This document shows positions 11,762 through 35,091 of a stretch of DNA of 64,000 nt, one piece after another. The stretch is from Macrostomum lignano (taxonomy: Eukaryota): assembly GCA_002269645.1 (NCBI GenBank), contig NIVC01001425.1:176666-240665 (forward strand), written 5' to 3'. The number at the start of each line of letters is the position of its first letter. The stretch's first letter is position 1. Position numbers and translations under genes: made by a program. The notes beneath the pieces are model-generated. The model searched no databases and was not told the DNA's origin. It saw nothing but the letters and a program-made list of their open reading frames with translations.

Positions 11762-14515
11762 CCCGGGTAGCAAAGTGACGTTGCGCGACGTCAAAATGAC
11801 GTTGAAAATAGGTCAAAGTGTAACGTCAAAATGACGTCAATTCTGTCGATGTTTTTTACGTAATTTTGACCTAGATCTGTGACGTTGTTTTGACGTCAAA
11901 ATGTACCGAAATTTTACCGTCTTTATTTAATAGATTTAATGGCTTTTAAATGCACGAAATGACTGGTATGATGTCTTTTAAGAAAACAAATGTTACTGGC
12001 TTTATGATTGATGGTTATCTTTGCATTCTGAAGTCAACTTTCTTTGAATGTGTGTAGGCAGTACATGTATACCCATCTTATTTCTAGAAGCTAATAGCAG
12101 TGGCGTAGCTAGGAATTTCCTTCCGGGGGTCACAGTCACAGCGGCAACCGGGGACGGGGTGTTAGGCCTCTGCGACGGGGGAGGGGGGCTGCTGCCTGTA
12201 TTTGGCCTGGATCAGCCGGCTGGGGGGTTCATGACCCCAATGACCCCCCTTGGCTACGCCCCTGGCTAATATAGTTACATTTTTACCAGAAAATATTAAA
12301 CAAGAATACATGCGGACAAAGCCTTATATTCATCTGCTCTTGTATACATACATATTGTAGACATTGGATTTAGAAGTTAAATTGTTACTTTTCTTCGTAA
12401 ATTGTTATTTTAACACAAATTAAGTTGATGCTTGCATATGAAAATTTATGAAAAGGATGATAATAAATAAAATTTTAAAAGTTGAAAAATTTACAATAGT
12501 GCCAAAAACGACAGTACTGACAAAACAGAATAGAATGTTGAAAACAGTGTCATTGAAACAAATATAAGGATGAGAGCAGCAAACAACAGAACTGTAGAAT
12601 AAATAAATAGAGAGTAGTTGCATATTGCTGCATATTGCCCAGTCTTTCAGTCAGAAGATCAACATCAAATTCTTGATAATCCTCAGTCTCTGAATTGGAG
12701 GAGACTGAATCAAATGGTGAATTGTTATCCTCTTCCTCAACTCCTTCCTCAAATTGACTAGCTGACATCCCTTCATGACAACCTGTTCCAATAAGCAGGG
12801 ATGATGTCATCATAAGAATGAATTTTCTCCTCCTCATCTAGGAGTTGGAATTAGTATCATTGATGGCATATAGTAGCAATCTCTCCTGTCCTCTTCACCC
12901 AGGTGGTTATCTGAAATAGGCAGAAAAAGTATATTTGGTTATAAAAAGATTTTGACATGTATTTGTACAGTTACATTTTATACATCCATAAATTGCAATA
13001 TACAAAACTATATTATACAGAAGTCTTTAGCCTTAGGCCCTACTCTTAGTCTTAGGATTTCTATACATAATCCTATAAATCTTTTTACTTTTGTTCAGAC
13101 TTTCTATTCAACTAAAAAATCTGCTCAACCACAAATTAAACAATGGTGCCCTAGCAATGCTACAATAATGTCTAAAACATGTCTAAATATGATTAACAAG
13201 CTATAGGCTACTTGATGGAGCAAAACATTAATAAATATGTTTTAATATAGAATATAGCTAAGTATAAGTTTGTTAAGGAAATTGTAGCTCTAAGAGTGCT
13301 AAACTGAGAAATTAGGGCCTACTAAAGATTTTAATGAGATAACTAGGAAACTAAAATATATTTTAAATGCTAGGCCTAACATGAACTTAGCATGTATAGT
13401 AGATATAATGTCATTAAATGGCTGATTAGTAAAACTAAGAAACAAAAAATATTAATTTCAAATCAAGTATGCCAAGCTTTTTGTATGATAGAAATGCTAG
13501 AACAACTACACCTTCCAAATAAAAATTTGAAATTGGATCTTGGAAGTTGGATATGATATCTAAGGTCCAATAATTATATATGATTAGGCCTAGGCTGAGA
13601 GTAAGACTGATTCGAAAATCAAGCAGTTCTTTGCAAACTGTATTTATGTAGGAATTTGATTTCCAGACAATTATTATTTTGATAGGAATTATGTTTAACT
13701 CTAGTAGTTGTAATCAATGCAATACTTGTGGTAGGCCAGGCTATTATTACTAGGGCCTATATATTTCCAATAAAAACAGCAGTACTGATAGGAAATGGGG
13801 AGAGAGAAAGTAGTAGAATTAAAATGAGCAACTATCTTATTAGCTAGCCAATTTAGCAAAGTTTGTATTAGTAGCTAAGTCAGCCATGATTTGGTATTGC
13901 TTTAATAACTAATAAGTCATTCTATACCAAAAAAATCTATTGGTATGTTTTATGGCAGCTGAAAATATTTCGAATAATATTCAACCAGGAGAAAGATGAC
14001 GTTTGATATCATCGTGAAGGTGAAGTTTCATATAGCAGGTAACACTAACTAAATAAAAAAGCAACGCCACTTATGATCTATATATAAAGCGATTTATCAT
14101 GCAGCAAAATATTCAAATATGTACGATTTTAATAACACGTATTAACAAAATAAAACTGTAAAAAAACGAGCCTTACTTTTTCCCTTACTTTTTTTAGTGT
14201 TATAAAAATCATTCAATCTACGTTATTATATAGTAATGCAGCATAGAAACGTCAAATTTTGGGTTCCATAATGACTAAAGTTTGACGTTGATTTTTCAAC
14301 CTACTTTCAACGAATATTTTACGTTACTTCTTTGCTATTTTACAGGCATAATTGAGCTAGCAAAATGATGACTATAAATGCATATTGACTCTGGCATCTA
14401 ATTATGCAAAAATAAACTACAATATCAACGAAGACGGGCTGGGGTGAATAGATTTGCGAAGGTAATTTTTGCGACGTCAACGCAACCGCAAATTGACGTC
14501 AAAATGCTACCCGGG
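11762..14515. mobile_element. CMC/EnSpm-like DNA transposon, decayed
   Basis: TIR CCCGGGTAGCA at 11762-11772 and TGCTACCCGGG at 14505-14515. Subterminal GACGTCAAAATGACGT-type repeats occur at both ends. A minus-strand acidic segment (12550-12910) is followed in a shifted frame by LKDWAICSN, like an EnSpm transposase N-terminus. The 2-bp TSD is not clean. Confidence 0.7.
12098..12264. mobile_element. hAT-type MITE (167 bp) nested in the EnSpm-like element
   Basis: Ends CAGTGGCGTAGC ... GCTACGCCCCTG, with an 8-bp TSD GCTAATAG (12090-12097) / GCTAATAT (12265-12272). Confidence 0.85.
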
Positions 14516-14639
14516 TCCGCGGCATCGACAGATCAACTAACGTCTCTTTTGAATTCGATGCTACGTCTGAACAGAACAAATAAATTGTTAGTCTAAGTTT
14601 ATCAAAGCGATTTAAGCTTTGCTAGATGGAAGCTTAATT

Positions 14640-15683
14640 TGTTGACAACAACTGGTTCCGATGGTTTTCAATTGTGTTCTTAGTGTAGTGATCCGCTAGT
14701 TGGTGTTAGGCGTCCCACTTTGTCAGCAGTCGCCCTTGCCCTCGCCCTCGCCCTGGGTTGCTGTCTGCCGCTGGTCAGCTTCCCGCCCCCCTTGGCCCGT
14801 CTGTTGCTGCCCTTGGCCTGTTCTGCCCTTCTGCGTCTCTGTTCTCAGCCCTCAGCTTCTCTGCTGTGGGCTGTCTCTGTTTCGTTCCCGTCCCGTTTTC
14901 CTCTGTCATGTGAGCAAGTCACATGACAGACTCTGCGTTCTTCGAGTCCTAAAGTGCAGTAAACATGTTTACTGCACTCGTTGGCCCTGTTTACCGGGAG
15001 AATCACGTGCTTTCGGACCCCTCCCTTCTCTAAGGAGAGGAGTGACTCATGTTGCTAAAAATAGCAACTGAGTCACAGCCGCGTGTACTCTGGCCGGAGA
15101 CCTCAAGTGACGTCAGTTCTAAAAATAGAACGAGTCACGAGGTCTTGCGCGCACTGAGACCCTGCCTCGAGATCTCAAGTGACGTCAGTTCTAAAAATAG
15201 AACAAGTCACGAGGTCTTGTGCGTGGGTGTTTCCCGGCTATAAATAGGACCCCTCTCCCCTTGTTTCCGTCAAGGATTGGCTTCTTATCTGCGGAGAATT
15301 CGCTAAGATCCCGTGTGCGTCAGTGTCTAACTAAGTGCCCTTTGTGTACTGAATCCGTTTGTACTGGTCTGACTGAGACCCCACTAAAGCCCAAGCCTAA
15401 GGGAGGCTAACACTGCCTTCCCAGCCACCCCTGAGCCCGGCGGGGATCTGCTGATCAGGACGCCTTGTTCATTAATCTGCAAATCTGCACGCTGTGCTGA
15501 GTTCGTTGACTTGTTTATTTCGTTCCGACGGAAAGCTCACCTCACCGAAGGCCGAGACCTGAAGGAACTGGTGGCAGCATTACCTACGCTACTGAGATTT
15601 GAGAGAACTTCCCTCTGAAGAGGCTCGAGACTTAAGGTAATCCGCAAGGGCCTAAATCCGGGAAGCAAATAGCCTGTACTTCA
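14640..15683 (+). mobile_element. Orphan 5' LTR (about 1.04 kb) followed by a tRNA-Leu PBS
   Basis: Starts TGTTG, has a TATAAAT at 15239-15245, ends TACTTCA at 15683. TGGTGGCAGCGGTGGGATTC at 15685 is complementary to the 3' end of tRNA-Leu plus CCA. No internal ORF or second LTR follows. Boundaries are approximate. Confidence 0.65.
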
Positions 15684-18165
15684 TTGGTGGCAGCGGTGGG
15701 ATTCAAAGACCTACCAGGCCACCCCAAGAAAACCCAAAGTACTTCACTGGTGGCAGCGGTGGGATTCAAAGACCTACCAGGCCACCCCAAGAAAACCCAA
15801 AGTACTTCATTAGTCTCTTCATGGCAGCGTCATTATCGAATGTACACTATCACCGGCTTCAGTCGGTAACAGTAGATTAAAGTGGCGCTTTGTCCGATAC
15901 CAGCACAGGGAGCAGACCGCAGGGCAGAGACGCTACCAAGAGAGCTAGGATAGAATTAGTGTATAATAGAGACCATGCAGGGTTCCTATCAATGATGCTC
16001 TTTATATTGGTTCTGAACTCTTTGCATGAAATGCGGTTTAAATTTAAAATGAGAGTGTGTTGGAGTGCAGTTTTTGGAGACTCCTCAAAGTAAGGTAAAT
16101 TTATTAAATTCAGTGTAAGAGATACTGAAGTACTTTTTTAAGTGCAGCCAAAAATCAAAATTCACGCCGGCTGAAAATGCTACTTTATAGTTTTTGGCCC
16201 AACGTAATATTGAAATAAAAAAATACAATCTATTATAATAGTTTAAGTTTGTCACGGTTTTGTAGATACTTTTTGTTGGGTTGATGAGTTGTATAGCGGT
16301 CGATCAGGATTAGATGATCATTAATATTATGTCGAATTACAGGGAGCTGTCGAAGCATTGTCGAAGAACTGCAAAGTATATTCAATATATTTAGCTATTG
16401 GTAAATTAGAGCCAGCACAAGGCCAAGAGCGCGCGACGAGCGACAATTAATTTAATTTTGATTAATTTTGCAGACAAAACAGCTTGAGGGAAATTCAAAA
16501 CCTTTTTACGATGTACAAGAACTCAAACCGTTGCAGTTCAACCATTGTTTGCCTTTAGTCCAGTGCAGTAATATGTTTTATATCATACATTCAGTACATG
16601 TGCATTCCATGGTGCAAGTACATAAGTAAATGAGATTAAATGTATTAATACATGTAAATAATATTTATTCTTCTTGACGCTATGCTTCTACGGACCTTCT
16701 TTAAATCGGAGTTGAACTGCACCAGTTTTTGGGCTAGTTATGCCTGCTAAAAACTTCAGTGGTATTTTTTGGCAGCTTTTTGCTTTTTGCTTGTACTTTC
16801 TGCCTTCAATTGTTCATCTAGCTGAATATACATTCCGGCAGCCAAAAGCATAAACAAAAATGCCATTGCTGTTAGCTTAATTTGCAAAATGTATTACTAT
16901 GTGCTTTAATTATTACATAATAACTTTATTTATAACTGTGAATCTGTATTCTTTATGTTTTAGTATTTTCGTGAGAGTCATTAACTAACGCCCAGCGCCC
17001 AAATTTGACAAGTACAACAACTTTTCTTGTGAAAATTAAAAAAAATATGCGTTTTTGCACTGCTCTGCGTTGTCACTCTGACCTGCGGCACAGCACTACT
17101 ATATTTTAGAACGAACCCGAATATTTAATATTTATAAATATCAAGTATTAGTAATAGGTTAATAAATCGTGGTTTTAAAAAATATAATATTTACTTATTT
17201 GCTTCATAATTCAAATCGGTAAAGTAAAGTTTATCTAAAAATCTAACCTGTCCTGTCCATGACTGTGATCCATCATTACCAATACCAATCACTATATATC
17301 AGTATCCATGACATCATAGCTCGCGACTAAGAATATTGGTTTTTCAAATGGTCTTGACCTTTTTTAACTTGAATTTTATATGACTATAAATATATTCAAT
17401 ATTTTTTAGCTCTGTTTGGTTTAGCTAGTTTAGGCCTGTCATCTAATTATAATAAAAATATTATATATAATATATATAAAATACTATAATACTAATATAT
17501 AATTACACTATATTAATACTATAATTAATACTATACTAGGTAATATATCATTTTGCTATACACCATGTAGGCTATGCTATAGCTATACTATGTTATATTA
17601 CTATGCTATGCATTGCCCAAATGGCCAAATTCACACCAATGCATACCAACTTTTTTCATCCAAACTGAATGCATGCTAAAAAAATCTTGTGTGGATAGTC
17701 TTGTAGAATGTGAAATAGATGCATGGCAAAAAATTTTAGTAATATTTAGCAAACTGCTTTGACAAATTGAGTAATATCAGATGTAAAATCTTTTTTATTA
17801 GATATATTAGTCTTAAAACTAGTATTGCCCAATTTGTTGTATTAACTTTTAAAATATCAATCAATATTTATATTTTGATTGATTTGATATCTAGAAAGTG
17901 TTCTGCAGTTTTTTTTCAATTTTAAAATAGGTCCTTCATATATAAATTTAGTGTTTAAGCTTTATATTTGCTTTGCTTAAAATGTGCACTTTGAAATTTT
18001 TTTAAATTGTTTATCTTCTATCAATTTGTCAAAGAATATCTAATTAGTATTCTTGTAGAATGTACTTACCTGCAACCTAGATACAGATATTTACCAGTAG
18101 TTGTCAAGCAATAGCAAGTGAACCAATTGACTAAAAAATAATTGCTAAAAACTACAGTGACTGGC

Positions 18166-30621
<12,456 letters not shown>

Positions 30622-31007
30622 CCGACTCTTTCTACTACTCCTAGTGAGTAGCTTAAACGTATTTTTAACACACAAAAAACTCTTGCAACAGTAACAAACC
30701 AGGCAATTATTCTGACCATTTTCAAACATGCGCTTTTTCTACTATAAGTAGTGCTAGGATTGTTCTCCTTTAAAGCGCAATTTATTTGTTAATTGAAGCA
30801 TCCAAACAGTCAAGTTATGCGCGTGTATAAATTAATTTATTTTGTGTAGTTTCGTTATCGAATGCTGACCAAAATTTGCTGCTGTCTTTTGCTTTTCAAA
30901 CTTGCGTATTCAGTTTGATCTAGCATGTTTTATTGCTTTACGTAAAAAGTAGTTGCTACGAGTGGAATTCATATCATAATGGTGAATATATATTTACCCC
31001 GTTTTTC

Positions 31008-31378
31008 AACCCCCCATTCCTCTCTTACCCCATTCCTCACCCCACCCCATTCCTCTCTTACCCCGTTCCTCACCCCACCCCATTCCTCTCTTACCCCGTT
31101 CCTCACCCCACCCCATTCCTCTCTTACCCCGTTCCTCACCCCACCCCATTCCTCTCTTACCCCGTTCCTCACTCCACCCCATTCCTCTCTTACCCCGTTC
31201 CTCACCCCACCCCATTCCTCTCTTACCCCGTTCCTCACCCCACCCCATTCCTCTCTTACCCCGTTCCTCACCCCACCTCATTCCTCTCTTACCCCGTTCC
31301 TCACCCCACCCCATTCCTCTCTTACCCCGTTCCTCACCCCACCCCATTTATCTCTTACCCCGTTCCTCACCTATCCTC
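31008..31378. repeat. 33-bp C-rich minisatellite downstream of NEK1 (CATTCCTCTCTTACCCCGTTCCTCACCCCACCC)
   Basis: About 11 tandem units. Confidence 0.95.
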
Positions 31379-32527
31379 ACTTATTCCTTTCCTACTCTGT
31401 TTGAACCACTGAAGCATTTTAATAAATTTAAAAAGCAAAGATTGGAACAAAATACCATTGGCAGTCACTTCTTAGGATTATTGTACTTGACCTGAACTTT
31501 TTGTGGGTATGCATACTGTAATAGTTATCGAGTAACCTCTGATTTTTTAGAGTCTTTCTCGGACTTTGAATTTGTCTGGTTGCTGCCAACTACAAAAAAT
31601 GTATTTCACTCGCTTCAAAGCGAATCCGCATCCGTCCACTTCACCCATTAGCTGACTAAGTACTCGCTGGATGTTCATTCTCCTCTCCTATGCCGCATTT
31701 TTCTCTTGCAATTGTTCTTCTTTTTTATCGCTTTCCAATGTGTAATTGCGATGATTTGTTTTTAAGCCTACTTGTAAGTAGAATGATAGCGTATCTACCT
31801 TGTTATTCTTTTTACTGTAAAATATTCAAACAATTATATTAAACCTGTTAAAAAGGAGAGGTAAATAATCAAATAATTTGTTCTTATTGATCAATTTTTA
31901 ACATTCCTTTTTTGCCTTTCGATTGTCTATTTGCTTCTGATCCATTTATCACATTTCCCAGGAAATTGTTGCGGTTTTTTTCTGAAAAAACATTCCAATA
32001 ATATGAAGGATTAAATTGTGCCCAACTTTTGGGTTTTAATACTAAGAATTATTCGTCAAAACAAATGCTTGCGAATAACTGCTTTGAGCCATTCCAAACG
32101 AAGCATTCTTATTGTCTTTTTTATTCTCGTACAGTTATTTGCTTGATTATATAACAATATAATAGTACTTATCGTACTTTAACTCGATACGAAATCCCGA
32201 TGCACTGCATGTCAGGATAAATATTCTTTACCGCTAAATAGATTTTTAAAATTAATAAGACTTTCTGCTTCTATTTCTGAGTGCAAAAAACAAATCCTTT
32301 GGGCATTGTTTATTGGCTTTACGCCATTGGCTTTTGGCGAGAGATGTCTTAGACTCTTAAAGTTTTTTTCGATACATATCGGGTCCTGTAATTATTAGGT
32401 AGGTCTTAGTCATTACGAGGCATATGCAAGTAAAGTTTAATGTAAAATGTAAAGAAATAGAATTATAATTTATCGTACAGTTTTAATTTACCTAATTTTT
32501 TACCTTTTCGAATGCACAAAAAGTATA

Positions 32528-32599
32528 TTCCCTGACCGGGAGTCGAACCCGGGCCGCCTGGGTGAGAGCCAGGAATCCTAACCGCTAGACCATCAGGGA
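32528..32599 (-). tRNA. tRNA-Glu(CTC)
   Basis: The minus strand reads TCCCTGATGGTCTAGCGGTTAGGATTCCTGGCTCTCACCCAGGCGGCCCGGGTTCGACTCCCGGTCAGGGAA (72 nt): acceptor stem TCCCTGA/TCAGGGA, anticodon stem CCTGG/CCAGG, A and B boxes. A T5 terminator follows at 32522-32518. Confidence 0.97.
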
Positions 32600-32810
32600 C
32601 TTACACTGGAGAGCTTAGAAACTTTAATTTATTTAAAGAAATTGAATCAACATTGGGTCAATACTGTCCACAGTTAGAAAAGAAATATTGTTTGGTCCAG
32701 TTCTTTCTGCTCGATTCGATTAGTGTCCGTATGTTAATAATACATAAGCATTAATTTATGAAATACATGTTTACGCTACTATAAGTAGATAAACCGTTTT
32801 TTTTCTGCAG

Positions 32811-34846
32811 TTTCACCAGTTTCGTCAATTTACGAGTTCGTCGCAACGCGTTGGCTTCCAACCGTTGCACCGGCTCGCTGAGCTTCGCCGACGTCCTGAA
32901 CAGCTGGAACGTCTGCGCCAGTCAGTCAGATGCAAAGCTCTTCTATTCGACGAATCGCTCAGCCCTCTGCTGGTGCCGGCATCGAGTGCCACTAAAAGCG
33001 GCGTTTTCTCGCCTCTGCTCATACCCTGGCCGGAGCTGCGGCCGGAGCTGGGACCGGACGACTGTCCGATCGTTTTCCTCGGCGGCGAGTCCGATGTTGA
33101 TTATGCCAATGGTGATAGCTACTTTGCCGTGGCCGCTTCGGATCGCCTGCTAGCCTGGGCGAGGTCCGCCGCCTTTGGAGTAGTGCAGTCACCGACCAGG
33201 GTGCAGCTCATGACGTCGACCAGGATGATTCATTTGTGGGGCCCGGCCCGGTCTCTGCTAGCCTGGCACCGGTATAACCGGTACTGCTCCGCCTGCGGCG
33301 GCCTCACCGAGATTGCCGATGCGGGGCACAGGTATGTGGGAGGCTGCGGCGGTCCATCCAGGGTCCTAATGGGAGGGTGTGCGGTGGACCATCCAGGGTC
33401 ATAATGGGAGAGTGCGCGGTGGACCATCCAGGGTCCTATTAATGGGAGAGTGCGCGGTGGACCATCCAGGGTCCTAATGGGAGGGTGCAGTGGCCCATCT
33501 CTTACCCCGTTCCTCACCCCACCCCATTCCTCTCTTACCCCGTTCCTCACCCCACTAGATTCCCCATCCTTGAATTCAGATACCCCATCCTTGAATTCAG
33601 ATTCCCCATCCTTCAATTCAGATTCCCCATTCTTCAATTCAGATTCCCCATCCTTCAATTCAGATTCCCCATCCTTGAATTCAGATTCCCCATCTTTGAA
33701 TTCAGATTCCCCATCCTTCAATTCAGATTCCCCATCCTTGAATTCAGATTCCCCATCCTTGAATTCAGATACCCCATCCTTGAATTCAGATTCCCCATCC
33801 TTGAATTCAGATTCCCCATTCTTCAATTCAGATTCCCCATCCTTGAATTCAGATTCCCCATCCTTGAATTCAGATTCCCCATCCTTGAATTCAGATTCCC
33901 CATCCTTCAATTCAGATTCCCCATCTTTGAATTCAGATTCCCCATCCTTGAATTCAGATTCCCCATTCTTCAATTCAGATTCCCCATCCTTGAATTCAGA
34001 TTCCCCATTCTTCAATTCAGATTCCCCATCCTTGAATTCAGATTCCCCATCCTTCAATTCAGATCCCCCATCCTTGAATTCAGATTCCCCATCCTTGAAT
34101 TCAGATCCCCCATCCTTGAATTCAGATTCCCCATCCTTGAATTCAGATCCCCCATCCTTGAATTCAGATTCCCCATCCTTCAATTCAGATTCCCCATCCT
34201 TCAATTCAGATACCCCATCCTTCAATTCAGATTCCCCATCCTTGAATTCAGATTCCCCATCCTTGAATTCAGATTCCCCATCCTTGAATTCAGATTCCCC
34301 ATCCTTGAATTCAGATTCCCCATCCTTGAATTCAGATTCCCCATCCTTGAATTCAGATTCCCCATCCTTGAATTCAGATTCCCCATCCTTGAATTCAGAT
34401 TCCCCATCCTTGAATTCAGCTTCCCCATCCTTGAATTCAGATTCCCCATCCTTGAATTCAGATTCCCCATCCTCTGATTCAGATTCCCCATCCTTGAATT
34501 CAGATTCCCCATCCTTGAATTCAGATTCCCCATCCTTGAATTCAGATTCCCCATCCTTGAATTCAGATTCCCCATCCTTGAATTCAGATTCCCCATCCTT
34601 GAATTCAGATTCCCCATCCTTCAATTCAGATTCCCCATCCTTCAATTCAGATTCCCCATCCTCTGATTCAGATTCCCCATACCTCGCGAACGGTTTCAGC
34701 TGGACACAGAGGAGCTTGAGTTCGCGGACTGGTTCACCGCGGCCCAGGTGTCGGACATGCTGAAACGCAACAGTCGTTGGTTTGTACCGCCAAAGGCTGC
34801 GTTGGCACATCAGCTCATTGTCGAGTGGCTTAATGCTGCTAGCTAA
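32811..34846 (+). pseudogene. NudC-family NAD(P)H pyrophosphatase (NUDT13-like), Nudix-box exon(s) missing in this assembly
   Basis: Exon 32811-33331 reads QPLHRLAELRRRPEQL...ARSLLAWHRYNRYCSACGGLTEIADAGHR (NudC zinc-ribbon entry). Terminal exon 34700-34846 reads LDTEELEFADWFTAAQV..PPKAALAHQLIVEWLNAAS*. Only repeats lie between them, and the splice phases (2 and 0) do not join. No ankyrin repeats or PTS1 seen, which favours NUDT13 over NUDT12. Confidence 0.7.
33350..34680. repeat. Compound array: 35-mer (33350-33490), two copies of the 31-kb 33-mer (33498-33555), 21-mer AGATTCCCCATCCTTGAATTC (33557-34680)
   Basis: Three unit types abut directly. Confidence 0.9.
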
Positions 34847-35091
34847 AGCTGAACTGCCTTGCAATGCAGCTATCAGAGCTTCCATTCCAGCAGATTGTTG
34901 AGAAGTTTTTTAAACTGTGCGTGATTTTGTTTATACGCTTAGCAACTCCGCCTGTTCACAGCTAGTCTAGCCTTTTATCAATTGTTAACTCAGAGCTACA
35001 TATATTACTATTATTATAATTAAATGCTTCCAACGAGGCTGCTGATTTTATAATTAATAATAAAGCGGTACTATTGCGATAGTACTTGCTC

